Source: Utricularia gibba
Taxonomy: Eukaryota; Plantae; Magnoliophyta
Assembly (NCBI GenBank): GCA_002189035.1
Contig: NEEC01000002.1
Location: 4,774,001-4,838,000 of the forward strand
Length of the DNA stretch: 64,000 nt
Direction: 5' to 3'
Every line of letters begins with the position of its first letter. Position 1 is the first letter of the stretch. The notes under the pieces were generated by a model. That model did not search any database, was not told the DNA's origin, and saw only the letters and a list, made by a program, of their open reading frames with translations. Positions 26,278 through 39,244 of the stretch are shown piece after piece. The translations under genes and the position numbers were made by a program.

Positions 26278-28727
26278 GCGGTGCTGAAGTGTTTTGTATT
26301 TTAGTTGATGTAATTGCATTTTTGGGTGCAGGTAATCTTGTTTTCTGTTTAGAAATTTAGTGTGCTATCAGTAAAAAATATGAAGAAAGTGAGTGAGGCA
26401 AGCAAGTTGAAGCAGTTCCTTTAAGTGTCATTTTCTACATATTTATTATATATTATTACGTGTTAATTAGGTATTAAATCATCCAAATTAGTAGTTATGT
26501 TCGCAAGTATTGTATTTTTTAGGATAATCCTATTTTTATATCTTGTACATATTTTTTCTATCTTTTTTATGCACTTTAAACAAAGCTTGGCAGAAGACAA
26601 TCGTGGGGTGTTGCAAGAGACTTGTAAGAGATCAGACACTGACATATTTATGTGACTTGGATCTCTCATGGGCGGAAGATAGAAACTAGTTAGGGCCGCT
26701 AACTTACGACATGCCAGAGTTTGTAGCAATGATTAGGTGCTTAAATCAATAAAAACTTCTACTGGTTCTTAAAGTAAAAGTAGATAACAAAGTACGTAAA
26801 TCAGAGGATGAAAGCATTTGAACACATTAAATATTAAAAACACGAGATGGAAATAGTGCGCGTGTCCATGAAATATAATGCAAGAAATAAGATTTGCAAG
26901 AAAAATAAAATGTTTGTTCGATTCTTCAATTCCTTGTTCTCTATGCTTCTTCCTATCAAACTATAGGTTCTCAGGCCTCCTTCTCTTATATTCAGATCTC
27001 ACTTTTTACGTCAAAGATATATAGACCACAAATCTTTTCCTTTCCTTATTCACACCAATCCTACACGTCAATTGTAGTTACTTGTGTTCATTGTGAGATT
27101 CTTGAATTTTTTTTCACCAACTTTCCAAATCCTTCCTCCGCATTCAAACTTGCAATTTCCGTTTTTCCCTTGTACTCATAACAACTTCATAAATTGGTTA
27201 GATAATGCAGTTCGGCCCACGTAGATGGGCTTGGAAGAACATTAAAACTACCTTACACTTGGAGTAAGGGAAAAATTGACCAAATCGCATTTTGACTGAA
27301 AATACTTTGACCAAGGCACATTTTGGCTTTTTCCCTATTCGAATTCACATATTCCTAACACTCTAACTATGAAATTGATTCAAATATGTTGAAATATGGT
27401 GCGACATCACACTATCCTACAACGACGATAGACTCGTCCTTGAGTCTTACTCACGATCTAAACTAACAAAGTAGACAGGCTGAATCCTCATGGTATTCCT
27501 ATACCTAGCAAATGAGTGTAGGGTCATTGCTCTTGCAAGACTTGAGGTAATGACCTTAGTTTAGAAAGTCCATCTACTCATAGTTTTGAGTCTCCTAGCA
27601 CCTACTCATAGACTAGACTCAGAGCACTCTTTTATCCAACTTACAGTCTAATAGTAGAGGATTTCCATTTTTTTTTAACATGCTAAGGATCATCAAACTA
27701 GAGCTAGTGCTTCTCTTTATGACTCCTCTCATTATATCTCCTCACCTTATTTCTCCAAGCAACTAATCCCTCACTTGGAGTTTCCCTCTCTTCTCTCTTT
27801 TTTTTATAGCACGGCCTTTTTTATGCACCCGCCTTTTTGCCTCTCTAATTTTCTCACTATTGATTGACAGCTAAATGTAAGATGACCGAGGTCTTGTCCA
27901 TGAGTGATTCTAGTGACCTAATGCAACTAGATAGACCATGCACACAAGGGGTTAAACTCAAGACTGCCACTCTAACTTTTTTAGAAAGAAAATAGAGAGT
28001 AAATATCAAAACAGGTCTAGGCCTCACATAGGACTAGTGTGTGCTCACTATCTTACTAGAAACTATAATACTTTGTGCATTTAGCCAAACCTATGACCAG
28101 CTTACTCATGTGGTGACTCCCAAGAGTGCTCATTTTGTTCTCAGGTCTTGAGTAAGACCTCCATAATAAGCTAAATAATTTTGATGATGGGAGAGTCCTC
28201 TAGAGCTGGGTACGAGTCTTGGTCAACTCGTCCAACCTGTGGCTTGACTCATAACGAGTCAATCCGTGACTCGTACCTATCACTAAATAGGTACAAGTTG
28301 GCCTGTCAACCTGTACCAATGTACCCACCTATTCAGAAGAGGTTAAAAGAGTGAATAGTAGGATCAGCCTCTTTCTTTACTTCTCCTTTGTTGTCCACTG
28401 TTGGTGTTCACTGTTGGCTCGGAATCATTGCATTTTAAAGGTGGGAACTCGAGGTACAAAAGCCTGGGTCTCTCTATGCCGACAATAGAAATATTATCAA
28501 GGCAGCAACCTAGGGGGCTGCTGGGGCTCATGGGATTGCTGATGAGCATAGGAAGGTGAAGAGGGAAGTTAAGTGGAGGATTGACGAGCCGAGGGTGCTT
28601 CAACACTGAAGGAAGATGAGGATGAGGGAAGTCAGGGATGAGTGCATCGACGCGATCAACTACAATTGGATTCAGTTTCAATAAAAAGAAAAAAAAAAGC
28701 TTCAATTTAGAGATGAATCTGTGTTAC

Positions 28728-29913
28728 TAATAACACCGTTTTTATTGTATTTTTATATATGTTTTTAAGGGTGTTTTGTAGGGTTAAATGTTGCTTAGGG
28801 TGCTAAAATGTCTTCTTTTGCATATTTAGACTATTGAAATATGTTTATTGTGAAAATAGGCTCAATTGGCAACAATTGAGCCGAAAACTCTAATATTTCG
28901 TCTAGTCTATGTTTTAAGTCTTACTAAGGTAAGAGCTAGTACTGTAGTAGCACACTTTCCGCGTTGACAAGTCAAAGGAGACAGAAAAGCTGTACAAAAG
29001 TCACTTTCCGCTGAAAGTAGCCGCCCTTCTGAAAAGATAAGATTTGGAGCAGAGATCTCCCTTCTAGAAGACAAAGGAAAAAAGACCAAGCTGCCCTTAC
29101 TTTTGAGAGCAAAAGGGAAAAAGGAAGGGATAGAGAAAAAGAGTACACTGTGCACAGGCAGCGAACAGGAGCGAGCGGGAGCAAGGAGAACTCCGTTTCT
29201 CCGGCGAACGTCTCCTGCGACCTCCAGATCTACGTGTTTACACCGTCTTTCCGCCCAAAAACTTGATTTCCAGCAGATCTACGACCGAGAGCAACCGCTA
29301 GACACTTCATTTTCTATTTTCTGCACTTCTATTTCGTTAACAACTAGCTGTTGTTTCCTTCAACGTTTACATGCTTTCTATTATGTTCTTGCACCTTGTC
29401 GCGAACGATAGAGCCTTTGTAGACCTTATTTATGCATTAAATCATGTTCTTGACTAAGCCTTTCATGTTTGCTTTTAAGTTTAACGCGCTTTTACTGTTC
29501 CTGCGAACCATGCTCTGTTTCTGCAAACTATTACTCTGTTTTCAAGCGTTCCAAGCTGGGTTTAAGCCTAAGGGCTCTCTTGAGTGACACAAGAGCTAGA
29601 CCCTGGTGTAAAACTCAGCCAAATTACTTTTATTTTATGTTTTCTGCACCTTCACGTTAATTTTAGTCCATTTTCATCACTGCAACTCGTTTATTTCAAT
29701 TACTGATATTTTAGATCTTACCCGCGTTAGAGCTAATCCCCAGAAAACCCCCCTGTTTCCTGTAAATGTGTTAAACATCATGAAATTACAACCATTCCCT
29801 GTGGATTCGACCCTTGCTTGCCACACTACATTAATTCTTGTGATTTGTGTAGTAGAATAACTAGGTTTATAAATTTCTTTTGATGTGTTGAATGTGCTAG
29901 ACCACGACATTTA
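28728..29913 (+). mobile_element. Probable solo LTR inside the hAT left arm
   Basis: Begins TAATAACACC (TGATAAC-like); contains the gypsy LTR U5-like CCTGTGGATTCGACCC; ends near ACCACGACA. TSD not convincing (GTTAC vs GCAAC). Confidence 0.55.
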
Positions 29914-30429
29914 GCAACTCCATTCCAACGTCCATCAGTTACCTATAGAAGTTTCCATGGGGAGGCGAGCTGCGGGCCAATGAAATGGATCGTGCACCTG
30001 TCCACCTGAAGCTTTCTCTTCCAGATTCTCCTCACTTTCAAGTACAAAAGTTTTTGAATTCATGATCCCGTTACTTCTGCTAATGAACCCATCTTTTAAA
30101 AATATATTTAAAAAATATATAAATATAAATATTTTTATATAAAACCCTAATCTTATATCTCATTCTTCCTTTTCATGTTGTCCTCTTACGGTGCTCTGAA
30201 ATTCTAAGTCTTCACACACTCATCGATTCTTGCCATCATACAAGCCAAGTTGGGCTACCACTAGTGTTGAGTGTTGCAACACTTCACTTGTTGATTCCAA
30301 TCTTATTATACTATCGGTCCATTGTCTCCTTTTTATTGTTCTAAATTGTTAAATAGTGTTGTTGCTGTTTTTTTTTTAATTTCTTAAAATTTTTTGTTGT
30401 TCTCCTGTGCCCTGCTTTTATTTTGATAC

Positions 30430-32352
30430 GTGTCCAAGTTTTCTTTCAAAATGGCAGAATTTTCAAACCCATCTTTTTCACGTAAAGCATCTGAAAATCC
30501 AATTTTGAATTTGGAATTTGAAGATGAGTGTGAAACTGAGGTTCGTGGATCTACCTCCAACCCAAAGAAACGCAAGTCTTCTGAATCTCTAGATTGGTGT
30601 GATCATTTTGTTTTTGAAAGATGTTTGGGCAAAGTAAGGTGTAAATATTGTGCTATTGAATATAAACATAGTAAAGGTGATTCAACAACTAATTTTTTAA
30701 GACACATAGAAACTAAACATCCTAATAAAAACTTTTCTTGTAAACAATCAAAATTGAATGTTGTTGGTGGTAACATTAGTGCCAAATTTATTTTTGATGT
30801 AAAATCTTCTCAAATTCAATTAGTGCTTTACTTAATTTTATGTGAAAAGGCTTTCTGTGAAATATAAATTTTATATTTTACAAAATTCATTACTTCTCAT
30901 TTGCAACCACATTTGTTCCATTTTCCAGAAGAAAGTCTGTTTCTATTGCATTAGAACAATTTGAAGATAAAAAAATTGGTTTAATTTCAAAGTTTGAATC
31001 TTTAAAATGTAAAATTTGTTTAAAATATGATGGATGGCGTGGAATAAATGGAGATGATTATCTTGTTATTACTGCTTCGTGGGTAGATAGCACATGGACC
31101 ATGCAAAAGAGAATTTTAGTATTTCGACCTTGCGAACCTCCACACATAGGGACGCACATTGCCGTGTTTATTTCTGATATTTGCCGTGAATACATGATAT
31201 ATGATTGCGTTTTTTTAATTACTGTAGATAATGCTTCAAATAATTCGAGTACTATTAGAATTTTGAAAACATCTATGAGTCCTATGTTAGATGGTACTTT
31301 TTTCATGCAAGATGTGTTTGCCACATTTTAAATATATGTGTTCAAGATGCTTTAGAACTTGATTATATTTCTAGTTTGCTTACTTCTTTATGAAAATTAG
31401 TTAACATTCTGAAAATTTGTAGTACGAAAAAAAAGAATTTAAATGCTTATGTGAAACTAATAGAATTCCATTTATAACTTTAACGTGTGATTTACCAAAT
31501 GGATGGAATTCCACATTTTTTATGATTTGTTCCATGCTTCCTTATAAGAATACAGTTGAAACTTTTGTTAATTTTTTTCCTGAATTAAATTGGAACATAG
31601 TTAAAATAGATTTTCAATAATTAGATATTTTATTAACTATTTATCGATTTTTCATCGTTATACTGTGCTTTTTAGTGGAGTATATTATCGTACCATACAT
31701 TTGATGTTTCCTGCTCTAGTTCACATTACATTGTTGTTTAAAAAATATAACAGCATTGATTTCCTTAAAGATTTAATTTTTAAAATGATCTTAAAATTTT
31801 TGAAGTATTATGATCCCATTCCAACTTTAGTTCTTGTTGCAAATATACTTGATACTAGGGTTAAAGGTTTTGGATTACTTGCTAGTTTGAAATTTTTTTG
31901 TGATTTTGATAATTCCCTTCAACTTGATGGTATTTTTTTAAATGCAACTTCTATTTATAATTCTGCAATATGTGCATTAGAACATTTATATGAGCTTTAT
32001 GGTGTTGAACGCAGTAATCTCCCACTTGCATCCCAAGGGTATGACAGTGTTGTAGTAGAGACTACATATGATTATTATTCATTAGTCCAGGTCTCGACTA
32101 CTAACCAAACAACATCAAAAGCAAGTGAAGTTGCATTGAAACAAAGAAGACAATTTGGATCTTTTAGGTAGGTGGAAGACTCAATCTTGCCATTACCGAA
32201 TTTGGGCACAAGTTGAAAGAGATGTGCTCACATCTCCAGCATCAATGGTTGCATCGCAAAGTGCATTTAGTGCAAGTGGTCGAGTTCTAACATCAAAAAG
32301 ATCTTCCTTGGCTCCAAAGATATTGGAAGCATGTGTATGCTTGAGAGATTGA
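30430..32352 (+). pseudogene. hAT transposase, decayed (BED finger, DDE core, dimerisation domain)
   Basis: BED finger CKYCAIEYKHSKGDSTTNFLRHIETKH; DGWRGINGDDYLVITASWVDSTWTMQKRIL; ITVDNASNN; RCVCHILNICVQD; GWNST; RDVLTSPASMVASQSAFSASGRVLTSKRSSLAPKILEACVCLRD. Multiple stops and frameshifts. Confidence 0.92.
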
Positions 32353-32838
32353 TCAAAGAATATAGAATTTAACCACCAATGAGGAATAGGAAGATAATGT
32401 AGATAGTGACAGAACTATGAAGACGTCAAATGATTTAGTTAATTTATCAAATGATTCAGGTAATTTGTTCATTTATGTAGGAAGTCTGAAGGGTGTTTTT
32501 GCGGTTTTTTTACCTATTCGAATGTTTAGCGCTTATTTTTATATATTCTATCAAAGTTCTCAGTTTTTTTTTCTAGAAAAAATCTTCATTTGGACCCCCC
32601 TTTTTCTCCTTTGCTGTAATTTGAGTTCTTTGTTATGTTATTGTTTGATGTGATGGGTTTTATTGGCTCGTGGATGTTAGGTTTTGTGATGTGTAAGTTT
32701 TGATATGATATTTAAATAAATACAGATGCTAGTTTTTTTCTTAATATATGAACTAAAAACTCATTTTTTAAATCTTTATGTGCCACTGCAACTTCGTTTC
32801 TGGTAAAAAAAAAATGGAAAAACCTATTGTTTTTGTAG

Positions 32839-34264
32839 TTACTAATTGCTCAATAAAGTTACTTTGAACCTGTTAAGAGAGAGAAATGCTGCTAGACAGA
32901 TTCAATCTTCGGAGTGATGTTTAGTAATTCTAGTGAAGTTACACGGTATACTGATAAGTGATTTTGTATCGTTCCAAAACATTTTCTTTCATTACTCTTG
33001 AGTGTTGTTTTTACTTATCTTAGACTTCACTTTCTCATTATTCTTAATTGATTTTGCATCTTTCACACTACTTTGATCTTTTTGGAGAGAAAGTGTATTT
33101 TGTGGATTTTTAGGGTACTTTTGGATCAATTTGATGTGAAATCAAGACCCATCAAATTATGGACTTGATGGGCCACGAATCTCAACCCAAGACTCGGTCA
33201 AACGATGAAGATTCGGTCCAAGATTCGTGGATAAGATAGAGATATGAAGAAGATTTTCGAAGATTTGGATAGAAGATCTTATCCAAACCCATCGAATAAG
33301 CCCAATATGGAGACTTCATCTACCCTCTTATAAATACCTCACTCTCTCAACCATTAGAGACGTCTTTGACCACTTTTTCTTTGTACTTTTCCTGCGTGTG
33401 TGACTGTTTTACTATGTTTTTCGACATTTAAATTGAGGTTTGAATGGAGTGTGAGAGAATCAAAGATTGTCCTTAAGCACCTAAGGAGAATGGTTCAATC
33501 AGACATCATTGGTAAGACACATTCTATCGAATCTGTCTGTGAGGTATGAGGTGTAGAGGTTATATTTGGGTGTAGGGAAAACATGGGTTATCAGAAGAGG
33601 TGAAATGGCTCTGGTGGCGTAGTTGATTCCATAATCCCACAAAACAAGGGTCGGTGCTATAACGGTCACTGAATAGCACTATTTTAGAATAACACCCCAG
33701 AGCTTGCGCAAGCAGATCAATATTCAAGGTTTACACACAAGTTTGGGCGAGTTTTAAGCAAGGTGAATCCTGGATCAAAGGCCAATTTTCTTAATTGTTT
33801 TTAAAACCAAATCTTTCTTTTGTTTTCGTTCTTTTTTCAGTTTTTGTTTGAAAAGAAAATTCCAATAACAATTCCATGTGGATACGATCTTATTTTATTA
33901 CTTTGACGGTTTTTGTGCACTTATAGAATCACCATCATATACCTTGTGCATAGATATTTAATTTCAATATCATGATGCATTGATGTCAGTTGATGGGAGA
34001 CCTGACCTTGTGTATCGAGGAATACAACATGGAGCTTGTGATTACTTAATTAAGCGAATGAGGGATGAGGAATTGAAAAACATTTGACAGCATGTTGTTT
34101 GGAAAAGATGGGTTGAAAATAACAAAGCATGATGGTCTTAAAAGAACAACGGGAGATGGTACCTGTGATTCTTAAGCGAGTGAAGCTGCATTGGAATGTA
34201 TTTAAATGGATCCAAAAAGCCTCGTGTAGTCTGATTTGTGGAGCTCCATCAATAGTTTATTACT
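32839..34264 (+). pseudogene. Captured fragments of a type-B response regulator (ARR-B) gene inside the hAT right arm
   Basis: After a TTTTGTAG acceptor: VTNCS..LNLLRERN..FNL.SDV (32839-32930). Then [40 protein letters not shown] (33983-34110). Then SKKPRVV*FVELHQ*F (34211-34264), the start of the GARP motif. Confidence 0.85.
32952..33937 (+). mobile_element. Solo LTR (986 bp) splitting the captured ARR-B fragment
   Basis: TGATAAGTG...ACCATCA with a perfect TATAC TSD (32947-32951, 33938-33942); its first ~250 bp recur at 22479-22727. Confidence 0.88.
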
Positions 34265-35698
34265 AGGGAGAATTCAAGCCAGCATTCTCCAGCAGGGCTC
34301 CAACTTCTTGAAAACTTCCCAGCCATGAAACCTCATAGTCATCACACTCCATGTATTGCCATGATTTTTAGGAAATCTACCTCCCTTTCAAATCAACCCG
34401 AGTATGGGCCGGGTCAAGCACTTTACCTGCACAAGTTTGTCCCACCGAGTCAGCAACATAATTTTTGACTCGATGGGTCCGACTTGTACCCGTACGAGTC
34501 TGACCCGTACCCAGCTCTAGAGTCCTCTCCCTCTCTTCCTTGTGTGTCATCAGGATCTACTTCAAAATAAAGCTTCAACCTGTGACCATTTGCAGTAAAG
34601 GGGTTAGCATCAGGATTTCTATCAAATAATTCAACCAAACCATTATTGTTCAAGAATTTCACCACAAATGATCATTCCTCGTTTGACTTCTACTTCCCTA
34701 GATGGAGTTTGAACCTGGAACAATAAGATAGTACCTCATGACATGGTTCAAATCCTTTCTTCTGGATTCCATTGTCATGGTAAGATTTAGTCTGTTCCTT
34801 GAAACTCCAAGAGTTACTATCACCATTTTGCCTTAACTCCTCTAACTCTTGCAACTGAAATTTTCTCACCTCGCTATTTGCGTTTGCATCATCACTTAAC
34901 AATTGGACTGCCCATCTGGTCTTGTGCTTCAACTTGATTGGCAGATGACAATTTTTCCCATAAATTACCTTAAAAGGGGTCATACTAATCAGAGTTTTGT
35001 AAGTAGTCTGAATTGCCCAAAACGCATCATCCAACTTCTAACTCCAATCCTTTCTGCACATATTGACAGTCTTCTCCAACACTTGCTTAATCTCGTGATT
35101 GGATACCTCGGCTTGCCTATTAGTCTGATGGTGATAAGCATTTAAAGGCTTATGCCACACTCGTACTTCTTGAGCAACTTTTCCAAAGCCTTGTTGAAGA
35201 AGTGTGACCCTTTATCGCTAATAAGTATTTTCAGAACACCAAATCGAGAAAATATCTTTTTTCTTCAGGAAATCCATCACATTTTTTGTGTCCAATGCAC
35301 GAGTTGGAATTGCTTTTGTCTATCTAGAAAGATAGTGTACACATAGCAGAATATATTCCCAACACATCAAATACTTTGGTTACAAAAATAGGTTGCAAAG
35401 GCATTTCATTTTTATTGGTAATATTACCTGTTCGTTGACATGCATCACAAGTCTTCCAAAAACGAAAAAGAATCGTGAAAAATTGATGGCCAATAATACC
35501 CACAGTCAAGTATCTTCTTTATTGTTCTATTGGAACTATGGCGACCTCCATTTAGTGATGAGTGGCAGAATTCAATCACCTGGTTAATCTCACCATCAGG
35601 TAAGCATCTACGTACCATCACTATAACACTTACACAAATACGGGTCATCCCATGTGTAGTACTTACTGTCACTCTTCAACTTTAGTTTCTCATGACTA

Positions 35699-36704
35699 TG
35701 TTGGTGTATGTGATCTAGAGACAATCAACTTATTGACAAATCTTATCTTTTGATATTTACTTTGAATTGTGATCAAATTTATATCATTGATACAATACTT
35801 GATCTAATTGCATCAAAGTCTAACAGTAAGTCCTGGGTCCAAGGTAATGACACTTTAAGAGTTCGAGTAGATCATTGAATGTTAGTGCTTAAATAGAATT
35901 ATAAGTTCGATACATCAGAAAGACACACCCATGTTCTGGTATCGAATGAGATATAAGTATGATGAAAGTTGTTCATTGTATGGTGTCTAATAATAGAAAG
36001 ACTCAATCAGTTCACCTTATTATTCTTACATCTTAGGGATCATGATATGTTGCTAGACATCACTCATGATCAATAATGATGGATTTTATTAATTAAGAGT
36101 TAATTAATAAATCCATTATTACAACCTTGATTGAAAAAGCCTATAGGTCACATACAATAGTGGAGTCACTCGTCGATATAAAATACAATGACACAATTAC
36201 ATGAGATGAAATTGGTAAAGTGGATAAATTAAATAGAGAGTTATTTTGGGATTAATATTGATTAAACTCAAAATAAAAGATCTGATATAGATAAGATTTA
36301 TAACATATATATATATTTCCACAAGATAAGATTTTTACGGAGATTTGATTATAAATGTTACCAAATATCTATCATAAAGATTTGATCTGCAGATTTTTCC
36401 ATATCTTCGTTCTTTCTGAGATTTATCAGCAAGGGAACGATTTTCTCTACTAGCACTATGTTAGTGAGGAGATCGACCATCATTTTGTGGCCTTGAGAAG
36501 GTTATCAACGAAGTGCTTCACATGTGGATACCATAGAGGCCATCTACTATTGGCGGTTGGTGAACAATGGATTCCACTAAAAGGTATTTTTAGAATTGCA
36601 TTAGCTGATGTATATCGTATTCCAAGATATGTGGTTTGGATTTCTCAATTTTTTTTTAAATTCTGTTGCTTTTATGACATGTGATGCTTACAAGAAGCTT
36701 AACT
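35699..36704 (+). mobile_element. Copia-family solo LTR (internally deleted) at the RNaseH/INT boundary of the inner gypsy
   Basis: TGTTGGTGTATGTG...GCTTAAC(T), GACTA TSD on both sides; aligns with the LTRs at 37858, 45704 and 13925. Confidence 0.88.
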
Positions 36705-37857
36705 GACTAGTGAAAGTTTCATTCATCTTCCTTGTAGCAAGAAAGTTAGATAAATCTACATACCAGGGTTCTTGGTCTTACCTAATAGTGAGATTGCATT
36801 GATTAATTTTTCAGGAAAAGTATCAACTATCTCCTCTCCATCCCTCAGCTTCTCTATTTTACTCAATTCTCTTTGTCTAATTTGTCATTGAATTTCACAT
36901 CGAGTTCTTGTAGTAGTAGTACCCACCGAAGCAACCTTGGTTTTGTCTCTCGCTTCGACATTGGATGTCGAATGGCTGCATGGTCATTATGAAAAATAAT
37001 GTTACTTCCAATTAAATAACTTTTGAACATCTCTTTCTCCGTGGTCGTGTAATTTCTTTGAGCTTCATCCATTGTCTTTGAACAATAATTAATCACATGG
37101 TTCATTCCATTTATCTTCTGACCCAGTACCGCACCTACTACAAAATTTGAAGCATCACACATGACATGAAATGGTTCATTCCAGTTCGAGGGGTTCGAAT
37201 CACAGATGCTCTTGTGACTACTTCCTTCAACTTGTTAAAAGCTTCTTTACATTGATCTGAAAACTCAAATTTCACATCCTATTTCAACAACTCAGTCAAG
37301 GGCTTAGCAAATGTTGAAAAATCCTTGATAAACATGTGATAAAAACCCACATGCCCAAAAAATGATCGTATTCCTTTTACATCCTGAGGTGGGTCAAGAT
37401 TATAAATCATGTCAACTTTAGTAGGATCAACATGTAAACCATCACTCGAAATGTGTCCCAACACTATCCCTTGTCTGACCAGCAAATGCCATTTTTCAGA
37501 ATTAAGTACCAAATCTTTCTCAACACATCTACTTAAAACATTCTCCAAATTATCCAAACATTCATAATTTGATCCATGTAATATAAAAGCAGACATGAAA
37601 ACCTCCATGCTCTTATCAATAAAATCAAGAAAAAAAATACTAGTTATGCACCTTTGAAATATAGCAGGAGCATTATATAAACCAAAAGGCATTCTCCTAT
37701 AGGTAAATGTACCAAATAGGCAAGTGAATGTTGTCTTCTCTTGATCCTCAAGTGCAAATGCCAATTGGTTGTAACATGAATCACCATTAAGAAAACGGTA
37801 ATATCCTTTACCACTAAATTTTTCAAGTATCTGATCAATGAAGGGAAGAGGATAGTG

Positions 37858-39244
37858 TGTTAGTGTATGTGTTCTAGAGACAATCAACTCATTGACAAAT
37901 CTTATCTTATGATATTTACTTTGAATTGTGATCAAATTTATATCATTGATAAAATCCTCTACTTGATCTATGTGCTATAGAAATTATGATGAGATCATAA
38001 TGTGAGATTCTTCAAGCACTCATGATCAAGTTAAAAACTCCCTAGCTAGAGTGTTTGTGAAATGAGGATATCACAAATACGGATAAGCTGGCACACATTG
38101 AGTTCCCTAAACTATTTAGGCAATGGTTCTCATAATTGACGTAATGAGATTACTAGAACCTATGTGTAGGTGTCGATTAGAGAATCGATTCACTAGATGA
38201 CTCATCTTCGAGATGCTACTATGGGAAGCTAACCAAGTGTCAGTAGCAAGATCTCGAATATGACAGCCGTGCAAGTAAGCTTAGACTTGAGGTCAACAAA
38301 GTTATCTTGATCTTAAGCTCACATTTTCACTCATTACTAATGAGAGCCTAACCATGACTTGCCTAGTATGGATGAGTAGGGATGTGACTCCTTAAGGTTG
38401 GAGATAGGTGATTGATCAATAAAGGATTCATCACTCATGTTAGCGATGAGATCATATCTCAAGTAATTGTATCAAAGCCTAACAGTAAGTCCTGGGCCCA
38501 AGGTAATGACATTAGAATTGTTTGAGTAGGTCATTAAGTATTAGTGCTTGAATGCGATTATAAGTTCGATACATCAGAAAGAAACACACCCATGTTCTAG
38601 TATCGAATGAGATATAAGTATGATGAAAGCTGTTCATTGCATGATGGCTGGTCATGGAAAGGGTCAATCACTTCACCTGATTATTCTTTAATTTTGGGGA
38701 TCATGATATGTTGCTAGACATCACTCATGATCAATAATGATGGATTTTATTAATTAAGAGTTAATTAATAAATCCATTATTACAGCCTTGATTGAGGAAG
38801 CTTATACGGTCACACACAATAGTGGAGTCACTCATCGATATAAAATAGAATGACACAATTACATGAGATGTAATTGGTAAAGTGGATAAATTAAATAGAG
38901 AATTATTTTGAGATTAAAAATATCTATAAAAAAAAAGGTTTAGATCTTGAGAAGGCGTTTTTCTCTAAGACTCATCCACAAGAAGGCGTTTTTCTCTACT
39001 AGCACCTGAGAAATTTGACCTGTATTCAAGAGCCTTGAGAAGGTTATCGACGGAGTGCTCTACGTGTGGATACCATAGAGGCCGTCTGCTATTGGTGGTT
39101 GGTGAACAATGGAGCCATCTGAAAGGTACTTTAAACATCCACATGTTTGATGTATACCATATTCCAAGATCTGCGTTGGGAGTTTCTCAAAATTTTAAAA
39201 TTCCGCTGCTTTTGAGACATACGATGTCTACGAGAAACCCAACA
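37858..39244 (+). mobile_element. Copia-family solo LTR (1387 bp) in the inner gypsy RT
   Basis: TGTTAGTGTATG...GAAACCCAACA, perfect TAGTG TSD; RT rejoins as RKDHY|PLPFIDQ. Confidence 0.93.

Larger units (their letters stand above)
28201..34519 (+). mobile_element. hAT DNA transposon (6.3 kb including two nested solo LTRs) inserted just after the inner gypsy integrase
   Basis: TIRs TAGAGCTGGGTACGAGTC / GACCCGTACCCAGCTCTA (17 of 18 match); perfect 8-bp TSD GAGTCCTC at 28193-28200 and 34520-34527; subterminal GACTCG/GTACC repeats. Confidence 0.93.

Noticed and set aside
27267-27336. 70-bp inverted repeat AGGGAAAAA...TTTTTCCCT resembling a Mutator-type MITE
   Set aside because: Very short, with no 9-bp TSD; cannot be supported as a discrete element.
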